A stretch of 64,000 nt of DNA, from assembly GCA_964016885.1 (NCBI GenBank), contig OZ024741.1, positions 281,542,001-281,606,000 of the forward strand, read 5' to 3'. Source of the DNA: Eledone cirrhosa. Its lineage: Eukaryota. Shown piece by piece: positions 37,426-51,385 of this stretch. The notes under the pieces were generated by a model. That model ran no database searches. It was not told the DNA's origin and saw only the letters and a program-made list of their open reading frames with translations. Position 1 is the stretch's first letter, and every line of letters begins with the position of its first letter. The position numbers were made by a program, and so were the translations under genes.

Positions 37426-40299
37426 TTTTTATTTTTCCTTTCCTTCTTCCTTTTCCAGCCTCACTTTCATATAGATTATATTTTTGTTTTTTAAAATCCA
37501 ATGCCAATAAATACACCAGGATTTTTTCATTCTGATTGAAAGCAAAATTTGTTTGCTTTTAAGAAACCACTGGTAAATAAAATAATTGGCTTATGTTGTT
37601 TATTACATAACTATTAAGCTCTGTTACCTACATAGAGCACTCTCTTTTCCTGGACTTTTCCGACGGAATTACTTCACATATATATATATATAAATAAAAT
37701 GTTTTGCTAATGCAATTTCATGCAGTGCAGGACGTTAAGAGTTAAAATTTTATTTAACTTTTTAATGTAAAACGACCAAAATCATTTAAGCTAAACCCTA
37801 GTAACATATACACTCAATAATAGAAGGGAAACAAACAAAAAAAAAATCATAAGCAGGCTGTTAACTGTGATAAACTTTAAATGAATTTAAAAAAAAAATT
37901 TTTTTATAGAGATTTAGAAAGAAATTGTTTTTAATAGTTCTAATTTCATGAGTTCATATTGGAATTTAAAATAGACATTTATTTAAGTTGTCTATGCTAA
38001 AATCAAATATTAAAAAATTGAATTGAAATAACAATGTCCAACAATATCAACAAGAATTTCTATTTCATATAATAATAAAACATGTTTTGAAAATGATTGA
38101 AATAATATTTACTTTAATTATAAAACTTACAATGCCTTTCTCTCTGAGGTTAACATAAAAAAAAGAAGAAACTAAGTTTTGTAAAGTAACATATCCTGAA
38201 AACCCATTTCTGTATTATTATATTGATTTTATGGACATTGCTTTTGTTTCTTTTATTTTCGGTTTTATTTTTCTCATACAATTGAATGAATGAAGCAAAC
38301 AAAACAATAGCGGGGTACTCGAACCTACTGTTTTCTTTGTAAAATCTTCATCAATATCTATTGATCTTCAGTAATTTCTTTAAAGGGATAGCATTTGTTT
38401 CATAATGAATAAAGTTAAATTTTATTGAAGTTGAAATCACAGATATTTGAATGTACTCTCCCTCTCTCTCTCTCATTGTGAATAAATATTTGAACAAAGG
38501 TATAAAAAATTATATAGAAGTAAAATGTATTCAAATTCAAACAATGGGATCTTATTTTCTTCAATTGCTAAACTATAGACAATATAGTTTAAATATCTAC
38601 CAAAGTAAAGAAAAAAAGGGAAAATGAGGTTTCTAGTAATAAACATTTTCATAGAATAAGCCTCTTAGTTTAATATTTTGATGGCCAGATTTTGAGTTGA
38701 TTCAGATTCCAATGTGACTAAAGATATTTCCCAAGTAATGTTGTTTACTTGACGGCAAGCAGTGCAGAAAACTGGGTTGTCTATTTATATATTTGAATAC
38801 ATGCCATCAGAAGTAATTATCCCCAAAATCTCAAACTAAATTACTATAAGTTGGTGCCTGAATAAACAAAAATTAACCACATATAATTGTATATACATAT
38901 GTTTAAAGTTGAAGTTTTAATTATCCTGTTTTCTTATGTTGTAGAAATATAGGATCTTCTTAGTTAAAAAAAAAAAAAAAAAAAAAAAACTTTAAATGAG
39001 CACATATTAATAGCTGTTCATCTGTAGAGAATATATGTTTTTTATTGTGATTTTTAGTTGAACAAAGACATTTATGCTTCTAATATAGAGATCATCAGGA
39101 ATTAGCTGCTATCAGATAGCCATATTTTTGTATTTGCAAGTTAATTAGTACAAATTAATAAATAACTCCACTGCACTATTCTCCAATTATACCTTTAAGT
39201 CATTATAAGTAGTTAAATACTCAGATACACTAGTCCAGATGCAGACCCATTTTTACTCAGTGTTAATTTTAACTTCGTTCCTCCTCTACATTAATGGTGT
39301 GTTTATTGGTTTTCTGCTTGCATCTATCTTTATATCCATCTGCTTGTAAAGTTGATTAAGACATTTCTTAAATAAAGTTAAGATGAAAGGTTTTGAAATT
39401 AGTGTGAACATTTTAAAATGGGCAGTTGAGTATCATAAAATCAGGATGGCTTCAGTTGGTTTGATATCAAAAGGGTTTAACAGGGGTTCCAATACATATC
39501 TGAAAATGAATGGTTCTGCCTACAACACACTGGGGTTCTAATACATATCTGAAGATGAATGGTTACACCTACAATGTGGAGGTGGACATAGGAGAGGGAA
39601 GAAGATGACAGTGTGACTTGATAACTGGTGTATCATGCAATCTGGTGGTCTGCATGACTAATGAATACCTAGCACAGAATATTTGCTGGATAAGAAAGAT
39701 GTGGCTCTACCAGAATCAACAGTGAAATTTTCCAGTTTATGAAGTGATTTAAAGAAATGTTGTTGCAATACCAGATGCACAAGTATCTGATTTGAAGAAA
39801 CATTATCTCAAAATTGGTGTGTTCAGGTAGAGATAATACCTTGATATTGGGCAGCAACATATTTATGGGTGGACAGGTGTAACTGGTTCTTAACTGACTC
39901 TCACTTACAGCTTTGGGACATTTTTCAGCCACACCCTGGTAACTACTTCTGCTTACAAACTAAACATAGTGAAAGACTGGACACTTGGATAGCAGATGGA
40001 CACTGCCAGATATTTCTAAGGCCCATTGAAATGCTATGATATAATGCCTATGTGCAGTTGAGGGTTTGTGATTTTCCTGCTTTGATGGATGAGTGATGTT
40101 AATATGCATGGATAGACTGAAAGAAAACTTTGGAATAAGAGGAATCAAATGTAGTGTGCAAGAGAGAACTGCACTGGTAGGGTCAAGTCTTATCCATTCA
40201 CATGCAGACACACACACACAAAATGTATATTACACATGCACACAGATATATATGTATGTGCTTTAGGCATACATCTACAGCCATATATATATAAGCCTG

Positions 40300-40475
40300 C
40301 AAAGGCATGTGGCTTAATGGTTAGAGAGTTTGATTCACAATCGTGAGTTTGTGAAATTGATGTGTTCTTGAGCAAGACACTTTATTTCATGTGGCTCCAG
40401 TTCATTCAGTTGTAGAAATGAGCTGCAACATCTCTGGCACCATGTTGTATTAACCTTTGCCTTTCCCTTGAACAA
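40300..40475 (+). mobile_element. Family B SINE
   Basis: GGCTTAATGGTTAGAG...TTGAGCAAGACACTTTATTTCA. Confidence 0.7.
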
Positions 40476-40992
40476 CATCATATACAGTGTATATCTAGTG
40501 TGTATATGGTGTATATATAATGTATATCATCATTATCATCCCACCATTTAACGTCCATTTTCCATGCTTCCATGGGTAGGACAGGCTGTCTCTTTTTGAG
40601 AGATCTGGTTGGAGGACCGTGTTTCACTCACAGTGTATATATAATGTTGCGACATCACAAGTGTCTTTGTCTTTCCCTTGGACAACATCAATGGCATGGA
40701 GAGGGGAGATTGGTATGTATGGCCAACTGCTGGTTTTCCACAAAAAACAGCTTGCCCGGGCTTGTATTTCGTAGGGGAACTTTCTAGGAGCAAAATCCAT
40801 GATCATTCATGATCGAGAGGGGTCTTTTTTCATAAACCTATCAAAACACACATAGACAAATACATATCTATATACATATGTAAAATCAGTCAGCTGGCCT
40901 GTAATGTCTTAATGAATTTATATTATGAATGTACAGTCCTGAATGATCTAAAATGTTTCCATTCAAACCAGAAGTCTGTTCTCTGCCAAAAG

Positions 40993-40993
<1 letters not shown>

Positions 40994-41058
<65 letters not shown>
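40994..41058. repeat. (GT)n microsatellite
   Basis: Direct inspection. Confidence 0.97.
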
Positions 41059-41066
<8 letters not shown>

Positions 41067-41284
41067 ACACACACATAAATATACATATTATATGCACCAG
41101 TTTTTCACTATTGTTATGTCAGTTGACTAATTTTTCATATCCTAAAGTATTATAATTTCAGTGTGTGTATATATATTCACACACAGCAAAACTATAATAG
41201 TTTTAATATACAGAAAATGAACAAATTGACACAACAATAATGGAAAAATACAGCATATATGTATACATATTTATATATTAGCGA

Positions 41285-41560
41285 TCATCTTCACTGTTTA
41301 ACATCTATTTTCCATGCTTGCATGGCTTAGGCAGGCTGTTACATGCAGAGACCAGGTGGGTCAGGAGACCACATCCAGCTGGTACACATCACTTTGGCTT
41401 GAGTTCTACAGCTGGATGCCCTTCCTAACACCAACCCAATCACTTTATAGCCTGTACTGGCACCAACCAATTTACAATGTGTTCTAGGAGCATGGCTTCT
41501 ATGGCTAGATGCCCTTCCTAATACCAACTGCTTTACAGTGTGTACTGGGGACATTTTATC
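41285..41560 (-). mobile_element. RTE-tail repeat with duplicated GATGCCCTTCCTAA module
   Basis: Two module copies, near 41410 and 41505. Confidence 0.7.
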
Positions 41561-41669
41561 ATGACTCAGGCATAACCACCTTATAAGGTGGACTCGGTGC
41601 TTTTAGTTGAGGCAAGAGCACTACTAGATGTTCCATCAATGTAATTTTTGGGGATATTCAGCATGATAT

Positions 41670-41702
<33 letters not shown>

Positions 41703-43239
41703 TTAAGATTGAAGTAATACTTGGACATTCATAATAAACAAGCAGAAAGTAGAGCGAATGCTGCAGTATTTTTAGTCAGCTCGTCAATTGCCTGCAGAGC
41801 TCAAAGGTAATTTAAAATCTCATGACAGGAAAGAGCAATTATAGGTGCAAGAAGAGGTCAAGCTCTGCAAGGAGCAGACAACCACTATGAGAGAGAGAGA
41901 GAAAGAGAGAGTTACACCAAGAATTGCATGTCTGTGACATGCTCAGCCACTTACATGTTATTCCATTGATCAAACAATTGGAATATTCATCATCAAAACT
42001 GAAAGACATCCATTCCAATTCAAATTCTAAAAAGTACATTTTATCCTGTTCTGAAAAGGAATGGAAGCAACCACTATAAAGATTATGTACCCTCACAACA
42101 AGTCTCCGATATCCAAGTGGTTAAAATGTCTCAGCAGAAGGGCACCTAGAAATCATGATCTGGTCCCCTTACAGTGTAAGAAGTTCAAGGGTGAAACATT
42201 TGCAAGATGGAGGCTTCTTCTCTGAAGACTTTCTGCTGCTCAGCTCTCCTGACAGTTTCTAACTAACAATTCTAATTATAAAATGCCCATTTTATCTCAA
42301 ACTGAGTTTTCTTTTTAGTTTTCTTGCTTCATTACATTTCTTAAACCTCCTTTCACATGATATTCTATGTTATGGGGAAATAATGTTGAATAAATATTCT
42401 CTATTATATCAGCTGGTACAAAAATATACATATAGCTTTTCTATTTACATCTACAGTGGAAGTAAAACACTTTATTATGTACAACTTTAAAATAATCATT
42501 CAAAAATATAAATAAAGGTGGAGGGGGAATTTAGTCTTTTTCCAGAGATGTTTATAACCTAAGTTTTACTAATATAAACTGAATAAATGAGAGAAAATGC
42601 ATGCATTATATCTTTGAAGGAGAAAATGTTAGTGGGCTAACATTAGAGAATCAATGAGAGAAACAGAAAGCGAGAGAAAAAGACAGTGTGGGAGAATCGT
42701 ATATATGAAATGTGTACATATATTCATCTATAAGAGCGTAAAGATGTCAGTATGTATGTAAGTATATATATATATAAAATGTATGTACATATGAAAAACA
42801 AAAAATATTGAGGTTCTTTTAATGCTACTTAAGTCGATATTGAAATGAAATATGAAAAGAGAATTTCAGTTCACATTTCTTTTCCTCTTTCTATAGGACA
42901 GGTATTACTGAAGTATAAAAAATGTTTTACAAAGGAAACTGAAAATAGAACGAAGTAGATACTATTAGGAGATTGTGACACTTAAAATGGAAAAATGTTA
43001 TCAATGTAAATGAAAATAGCTTATTGAGCCCAATCTAAATGAAAGTGTGGGAGTGTGTATGTGTTGTAATGGGTCTCTGTTGGTTCTGATGAAGAGTGTT
43101 TCAGTTGTTTAAACGACAAAACAGCCAGCTTGTGAAATTAACGTGCAAGTGGCTGAGCATTCCACAGACATGTGCACCTTTAGTATAGTTCTGAAGGAAA
43201 TTCAGCACGACACAGTAAGTGTCAAAGCAGGCTCTTTAA

Positions 43240-43458
43240 CCTTCAGCATTTAAACCAGCCATATCCAGCCAGAATTCTCTCACCTCTTTCTGTTCAAACA
43301 GTCTGTAACCAGCTACTCATACTGATGTTAAGGTATTGTTCTCAAAATAAATACTATCAAAATCTCACAGATTCGATATTATGTGAGATATTGTGTGATA
43401 TAAAGCCTTTACCACAAAAATACACTAGTATATATAGAGTAATGTAAATGCTAAAGGG
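43240..43458. mobile_element. piggyBac-like MITE, apparently inserted into a family B SINE
   Basis: TTAA|CCTTCAGCATTTA ... TAAATGCTAAAGGG|TTAA. Confidence 0.85.
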
Positions 43459-43989
43459 TTAAATTACAAGTACAACTCATTTTTGCCAGCTGAGTGGATA
43501 GCAGCAACATTAAAGTGTCTTGACCACAAAACAACACACTGCTGAGAATTAAACCCACAACCTTATTATTGTGAGTTGAACACTTTAACCACTAAGCCAT
43601 ATGCCTTCACAAATGAAATTACTGTAACTCTATGTATGTGTTTGTGTAATTCTTTTTGTGGTGGTGGTGGGGGGACACACACACAAGAGACTCCTAGTCT
43701 TCATTAAGACATCTCTCTAGGAGAAGGTCACTCTGATATAAAACCTCTGACTTCATTTGCATTCAATGATGTAAACCAGTTCTACTTTTTGGGTAAATGT
43801 ATTCGATGTTCAGAGAGTGGGATTGGCCCTGTGTAAAGCCTTTCCTCACTTAAAAAAAGCTTCAAGCACAAGCATCGCTTGATATGTGACATTTTTTGCG
43901 ATGTATGACATGACTGACCATAGGCAAGTCCCCAGTAGGACTAAAAGGGTGGTTGACTGATGACAACACAAAGCACTTAGTCTATGCTA

Positions 43990-44335
43990 TAAGGTGGTAT
44001 TGCGGGTGACATGACAAAAAACACCCAGTCCACACTGTAAGATGGTTATGCTGGTGGTATTTAAAAAGAAAACACCCAGTCCACACTGTAAGGTGGTTGT
44101 GCTGGTGCCATGATGAAAAAGTACCCAGTCCATCTGTTTCATGGTTGTTTTTATACTATGATAAAAAGCACCCAATTCACACTGATGTACTTGGTGTTAG
44201 GAAGGGCATCCAGCCATAGGCAGCAAGCCAAAATACAGATCTGTATGTGCAAGACAGTAACCTGATTTGACTTGTCATATAATGTGACAACTCATCTAAC
44301 CCATGCAAGTATAGAGAATATATGTTAAATGTTGC
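43990..44335 (+). mobile_element. RTE-tail repeat with four ~45-bp submodules
   Basis: Repeated AAAACACCCAGTCCACACTGTAAG then GGTGTTAGGAAGGGCATCCAGCC. Confidence 0.7.
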
Positions 44336-45282
44336 TGCTGCTGATATATCACCAGTCTTTTTATCCATAATTAAAGCTATGTTTATTTAGTATTCTGATT
44401 CATAACAATATCATATGCAAACATAATTTGTTTTTTTATTCTTCTGTAAGCATAATATATAAGGAATAAAAAAGAAACTAAGTTAACAGTTTCAACATGA
44501 ACATATTACTATTTGTAGAAAATAGATTTAGATTTTATGCATACATGCTTTAATAAATATACGAACTAGATAGCATATTGGCAGAGTTGTTAGAATGTCA
44601 CATAGAATGCTTTGTGGTATTTGTTCCAGCTCTTCACTTTTGAGTTCAAATATCACTACAGTCAAGTTTGCCTTACATTCTTTTGATGTCAATAAAATAC
44701 AAGTCAAGTACTGAGAGTTGATTCTTCCTCTAATCTCGCTCTTTCTCTCTTGAAGAAATCAACTGTTTTCAGACCTGCATTGGTGATGAGTTCAACCAGG
44801 TTAAAAATGTCCTTGACATACAGTATGTCACTATGGCACTCTTGACTCTACCTGGGGTTACGAGTACATATTTGCACATGCATGTGTGCAGTCCCACATC
44901 TCATGATGGAGTTGTAGGGGTGCTGAATGAATTGACATACAGCATGTCTAGGGTATTTTTTAAACCTGGCAGTGCCCATCTCTTCTCCAGGTTAGGATAC
45001 AGTTGATTTCTTCCAGAGAAAGATAGAGAATGAGAGAAAGGATATGAGAAAAAGATACAAAGGAAGAATCAACCCCAGTACTACACTGGTACTTTTTTTA
45101 TTGACCTCGAATGGATGTAAGGCAAAGCTGACCTTGGTGGGATTTGAACTCAGAGAGCAGAAATGAATACTGCCAAGCATTCTATCCAACATTCTAATGA
45201 CTCTGCCAATTCACCGCCCTCAAACATATATACATACAAATATGCAACTAGTTCAACAAGAAGCTAACATCTCTGTTGGGTT

Positions 45283-47420
45283 AGTGGTGGGAGGTGTTGA
45301 GCTAGTGGTGGTGGTGGGAGGTGTTGAGCTAGTGGTGGTGGTGGGAGGTGTTGAGATAGTGGTGGTGGGAGGTGTTGTGGTAGCGTGAGGTGTTGAGATA
45401 GTGGTAGCGGGAGGTGTTGAGATAGTGGTAGCGGGAGGTGTTGAGATAGCGGGAGGTGTTGTGATAGTGGGAGGTGTTGTGATAGTGGGAGGTGTTGTGA
45501 TAGCGGGAGGTGTTGTGATAGTGGTAGCGAGAGGTGTTGAGATAGTGGTAGCGGGAGGTGCTGTGATAGTGGTAGCGGGAGGTGTTGAGATAGCGGGAGG
45601 TGTTGAGATAGCGGGAGGTGTTGAGATAGCGGGAGGTGTTGAGATAGCGTGAGGTGTTGAGATAGTGTGAGGTGTTGAGATAGTGTGAGGTGTTGAGATA
45701 GTGTGAGGTGTTGAGATAGTGTGAGGTGTTGAGATAGTGGTAGCGAGAGGTGTTGAGATAGTGGGAGGTGTTGAGATAGTGGGAGGTGTTGAGATAGTGT
45801 GAGGTGTTGAGATAGTGTGAGGTGTTGAGATAGTGTGAGGTGTTGAGATAGTGGGAGGTGTTGAGATAGTGGGAGGTGTTGAGATAGTGTGAGGTGTTGA
45901 GATAGTGTGAGGTGTTGAGATAGTGTGAGGTGTTGAGATAGCGTGAGGTGTTGAGATAGTGGGAGGTGTTGAGAGTGTGGGAGGTGTTGAGAGTGTGGGA
46001 GGTGTTGAGATAGTGGGAGGTGTTGAGATAGTGGGAGGTGTTGAGATAGTGGGAGGTGTTGAGATAGTGGTGGTGGGAGGTGTTGAGAGTGGGAGGTGTT
46101 GAGATAGTGGGAGGTGTTGAGATAGTGGTAGTGTGAGGTAGAGGTAGTGGTAGGTGTTGTGATAGTGGGAGGTGTTGAGATAGTGGTAGTGGGAGGTGTT
46201 GTGATAGTGGGAGGTGTTGTGATAGTGGTAGTGGGAGGTGTTGTGATAGTGGTAGTGGGAGGTGTTGTGATAGTGGTAGTGGGAGGTGTTGTGATAGTGG
46301 TAGTGGGAGGTGTTGTGATAGTGTGAGGCATTGAGAGAGTGGGAGATGTTGAGAGAGTGGGAGGCGTTGAGAGAGTGGGAGGCGTTGAGAGAGTGGGAGG
46401 CGTTGAGAGAGTGGGAGGTGTTGAGAGTGGGAGGCGTTGAGAGAGTGGTAGTGGGAGGCGTTGAGAGAGTGGTAGTGGGAGGCGTTGAGAGAGTGGTAGT
46501 GAGAGGCGTTGAGAGAGTGGTAGTGAGAGGCGTTGAGAGAGTGGTAGTGAGAGGCGTTGAGAGAGTGGTAGTGAGAGGCGTTGTGATAGTGGTAGCGTGA
46601 GGCGTTGTGATAGTGGTAGCGTGAGGCGTTGTGATAGTGGTAGCGTGAGGCGTTGTGATAGTGGTAGCGTGAGGTGTTGTGATAGTGGTAGCGTGAGGTG
46701 TTGTGATAGTGGTAGCGTGAGGTGTTGAGATAGTGGTAGCGTGAGGTGTTGAGATAGTGGTAGCGTGAGGTGTTGAGATAGTGGTAGCGTGAGATGTTGA
46801 GATAGTGGTAGCGTGAGGTGTTGAGATAGTGGTAGCGTGAGGTGTTGAGATAGTGGTAGCGTGAGATGTTGTGATAGTGGTAGCGTGAGATGTTGTGATA
46901 GTGGTAGCGTGAGGTGTTGTGATAGTGGTAGCGTGAGGTGTTGAGATAGTGGTAGCGTGAGGTGTTGTGATAGTGGTAGTGTGAGGTGTTGTGATAGTGG
47001 TAGCGTGAGGTGTTGTGATAGTGGTAGCGTGAGGTGTTGTGATAGTGGTAGCGTGAGGTGTTGAGATAGTGGTAGCGTGAGGTGTTGAGATAGTGGTAGC
47101 GTGAGGTGTTGAGATAGTGGTAGCGTGAGGTGTTGAGATAGTGGTAGCGTGAGGTGTTGAGATAGTGGTAGCGTGAGATGTTGTGATAGTGGTAGCGTGA
47201 GGTGTTGTGATAGTGGTAGCGTGAGGTGTTGAGATAGTGGTAGCGTGAGGTGTTGTGATAGTGGTAGCGTGAGGTGTTGTGATAGTGGTAGCGTGAGGTG
47301 TTGTGATAGTGGCAGCGTGAGGTGTTGAGATAGTGGCAGCGGGAGGTGTTGAGATAGTGGCAGCGGGAGGTGTTGAGATAGTGGCAGCGGGAGGTGTTGA
47401 GATAGTGGTAGTGGGAGGTG
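45283..47420. repeat. 18/24-bp minisatellite (GGTGTTGAGATAGT[GGTAGC]GTGA)
   Basis: About 2.1 kb tandem array with blocks of variants. Confidence 0.97.
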
Positions 47421-47688
47421 TGATTAGTGGGAGTTATATTAGTTTTCCTATCTTAAGAGAAAAGATAGCTGACAGAAATTTCAGCTGTGCCTATCAGCAG
47501 AGCATTAGAGAATACAATAATCATTTTGTCTAGATCATTAGTGTGAATTAAATGAACATTATAGAGTATAAATAACACTCAAGACTGACTTTATATATGA
47601 ACTTTGTCAGTTAACTACTACTGAAATTGGAGCTGACCTGACAGACTCCTGTCGACTGGCTACTTTGCTACATTTTAAAGGTGTTTAA

Positions 47689-47882
47689 TCCTTTAGCATT
47701 TACATTACTCTATATTTTATTATTGTATTTTCATTGTAAAGGCTTGACCTCACATAATTATCTCACATAATATTAAATCTATGAGATTTTGATAACAATA
47801 CCTCAATGTCAGTCATGGCCGGTTTGAACAGAAAGAGGTGAAAGAATTCAGGCCACATATGGCCAGTTTAAATGTTTAAGAG
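47689..47882. mobile_element. piggyBac-like MITE (reverse orientation)
   Basis: TTAA flanks; reverse complement of the 32151 family. Confidence 0.75.
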
Positions 47883-48639
47883 TTAAAATACTATAGTATT
47901 TCAATCATTCAAAAATTAACTGAATGAACACTCAATACTGGTGGATTGTGTGTAGGAATTTATTTTCCAAGTAGAAAATTGACTATGTCTTTGAAGTTTC
48001 TGCTGGGTCACTTCATAGAAAGTACAATTTTTGTGGTGCAGCACTTGGGAGATTGGTTTATCTGTGACATGACTGACATGTCATCTCAATACTTGTCCCA
48101 AGTTAGAATACAGGACAGGGGGAGTAAGAAGGGGACAAAGGAGGAATAAAATAAGTAGGTATTAAATAATAGGTGGTGGGGATAAGAGGGAGGAAGGCAA
48201 GTACGATGTCATGGGTGTATGACAAGTGTTGTGGGATTTAAAGGGGTGGTATGAGAGAGAATGGATGTGGTGAGAAAGTTTGTTGGGATTTAACAAAAGA
48301 AGTGCAAATGATCTTGAACAGAGTGGTTTGATACAGTGATGATGGGGGGAAGGGGTGTATAAGTTGGTCAGAGAGCTGTGTAAAATGGGAGGGGGGATTC
48401 AAGATGTATTCACATACTTTCTACATTTTACAATCTACTCTTTTATGAACATTGAAATAAATCATCACCATTTTACATTGACTTTTCATTGCAGGCATAA
48501 GTTGGACAGGACTTTACAGCCAGACACCCTTCATGCCAACAAACCTTTTAGTCACTTCTTATGACAGACACACTGAGACATAGAATATGAGATGACAGAT
48601 CTCACTGAAAATGAGATTATTTAATAAAGATTACTTTAC

Positions 48640-48700
48640 CTGCACATTACTCCATTTAAACATTATCACTTACCTGAAAAAGAAAACAAAAACAAAATAT
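48640..48700 (-). promoter_or_regulatory. Candidate recursive splice site (YAG|GTAAGT) with 34-nt RS-exon
   Basis: Minus strand TTTTGTTTTTGTTTTCTTTTTCAG|GTAAGTGATAATGTTTAAATGGAGTAATGTGCAG|GTAAAG. Confidence 0.5.
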
Positions 48701-48966
48701 AAAGTCTTTAATAAATATGACAGAAAAAATAAAGATAAAATAATATACACATATATAAAATATATAAGAATATATTTGTAGGTAAAATTATATTTTTCTT
48801 AAAATGTATTTTTTGCTTGCAATGTTTTATATGCTCTACACCTAAATATAATTTGTATAAATAAAGCTCTACAAAATATAGTTGATAACCTGCATAAGTA
48901 TTGAGTTATTTATAGTGTAATATGACTGAAATAGTTTTATTTTAGCCTATATTATATATATATATA

Positions 48967-49813
48967 TGCGGACGATATTTGTTCGCAATTTTCAACTGGT
49001 AATTTTATGCAAATTTTTTTTACTTCCATTGTCACTTTTGTCTTCATAAAAACAGTGACTATATTTCCATTATTTATTTTCAGAATAATTGATTATGAAT
49101 AATTTTGAACCTCCAAATTTGTGGAAGAGACACGGAGTTCTTCTTGGAATCCGTGCCGGGAGGACAAATAAGGAAATTTCAGACTTTCTCAGCGTCAGCA
49201 GGAGAATGGTGGAAAAGGTCAGAAAGGAATTAGAAGATTCAGGATTCGACTACGAAGCAACATCAGAGAGGAAAACACATGATCGACGATCTGACGCCTT
49301 CAGAACGCCCGCAAGCTGAACACTGATGGCTTGTAGTAAAGCCCTGGATCGACCAGGTTGCTGCAGGTAGGCGGTAGATGTGGCAGCAAGACTCAGCGCC
49401 CTGCCATACCAGCTGAAGGACCCAAGCCTGGCTGTCAGAGAACTTCGTCGACCACTTCACCTGACATCTGGCCTCCCAGCTCGCCTGACAGCAACCCCCT
49501 CGACTTCTTTGTGTGGGGCGCAGTGGAACGAGACACCAACAGATCTAGCTGCAATACGAAAGACGATCTGAAGGCCAGGATCACAAGTGCCTTTAGGGGC
49601 CTAAGTCGGGGGACAGTGACGAAGGCCTGTAGCCAGTCCGAGGCCGCCTTGAGGCCGTCATCAAAGCCAATGGCGGGTTTATCGAGTGAGATCGAAAGAA
49701 CAAGTCATGAAGACAAACTGACCCAAGTTTGATAAATAAATCTTAAAAAATAAAACTACTGTGTTACCTTTTCCTAGACAGTAATCTTGCGAACAAATAT
49801 CGTCCGCACCCTG
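48967..49813 (+). mobile_element. Internally deleted maT/DD37D-like Tc1/mariner element
   Basis: Same TIRs as the 27671 copy (left end eroded); WQQDSAPCH...WPPSSPDSNPLD with about 37 residues between the last two Asp after repairing one frameshift. Confidence 0.9.
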
Positions 49814-50034
49814 TATATATATTTCTAGGTACAAATCCCTTAGTCATTCAGAACCATGCAAAAATGGAATGTATGAGCAAGACACATGCAACATCTGACA
49901 TATCAGACCTCAGAATATGACAACCCATCTAACCTATGCAAGTATAGAAAATAGACATAAAATGGAGATGATGATGATGATAAATGTGTTAAACAAATAA
50001 CACTAGAATGGGATGGTAATGATACGAAGATTAA

Positions 50035-50242
50035 CCATTTTGATACCAAACCGCCACTGCTTCTATGACACAAAGTTTTAAAAAACCTTCCATCATAATT
50101 TCATGTAAAAGTCTTTTTGTTATATTCCAAACACTAACCTAATAATGTGGAAGTTTACTAAAATCCTCCAAATTCTTGATTATTTCCAATTTTTGGAAGA
50201 TCATAAGTAGTGTCTTTCATTAGAAGTATGGTAATGAAAGGG
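50035..50242. mobile_element. Second piggyBac-like MITE family
   Basis: TTAA|CCATTTTGATACC ... GGTAATGAAAGGG|TTAA; related pieces near 13510, 31343-31950 and 39350-39480. Confidence 0.7.
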
Positions 50243-51057
50243 TTAAACCAGCCACTGTATTATAGAAATGTTTTGGTTGTTATAGAGGATTCATTGATGT
50301 AAAGAGCTTTAGAGGAAATTCAGTTTGGAAATGTAATTGTAAAGAGATTAAAAGTCATCTTTAGTGATTCTGATCGTAATTTCTTGAGGAGATCTTTACA
50401 AATAGAAATTAATTAGAACAGAAGCAATCCTCTACTTGATTGAAGGAGTGGCTATTGGAAAATTCTAGTTATGAAATTAAATGCATAGAAGACAAGAATT
50501 TTTAAAAGTAAGATGCATTCTAATCTTCATAACTAAGGAACTTAACTGGGCGAACTAGCCTAAAGTAAAATGCTAAGTATCAATTCATTCTACATAAAGA
50601 AAACAAGAATCTACTTACATAAAAGTATTGTTTACTTATTTCAAAGAAAAATAAATCCTTACAGAGAAAGATTTCTGTCATTCTAAGAATTTATAATAAC
50701 CCATGTGCAACAACATAGTAATTATTCTAGAGAGAGGCTGCATTATATAAACTAGTACAATAACTCATTACTTTACAGATGGAATAAGTAAGAGGGTCAA
50801 CAGTATCAGTAATATATAAGTCTTGGGTGGTAGACTTAATCTGTTATCCAGTTTAACACCACCACCTGACTGACCATTGGATGCCTTCATTATAGACCAC
50901 TCTATTGCAAGCATTTGTGCTAGGTTTCCAATTTGAGAATAACTTTGCAATGACTCGTGAATGCCCTTCGTCTTCTGACTAGTTGACAAAGACAGGTTAC
51001 TGTCCTCTAAGGGACTATAAAGACAGTGGTTACTGTCCTCTGACTAGGTGACAATAA

Positions 51058-51385
51058 AGACACTCCAGGAGTCTCTGAAAAGGGTCACCACCTCCCACTA
51101 CTTTAGAAGTCCCTGAAAAGGGGTAATTACCTCCCACCACTCCAGGAATCCCTGAAAAGAGTTCATCATATCCCACCACTCTATGAGTCTCTCAAAAGGA
51201 TTCATCTCCCACCACTCTATGAGTCCCTGAAAAGTGCCAATGCTTCCCATTATAGGAGACCCTGAAAAGGGTCAATGCCTTCCACCACTCTAGGGGTCCC
51301 TGAAAAAAAGTCATCACCTCTCACTACTCCAGGAGTCTCTGAAAAGGGTTATCGCTTCCCACCATTGAAGGAGTCCCTGAAAAGT
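51058..51385. repeat. Diverged ~40-bp minisatellite, about 8 units (CCACTCCAGGAGTCCCTGAAAAGGGTCA...)
   Basis: Recurrent CTGAAAAG at about 40-bp spacing. Confidence 0.85.

Noticed and set aside
45264-46331. 355-aa SQHLPL/TTITTPP ORF resembling a mucin
   Set aside because: Translation of an 18/24-bp minisatellite with no unique domains or splice signals.
51058-51385. Repeat-spacer-like array
   Set aside because: The variable parts are homologous to each other; it is a diverged minisatellite.
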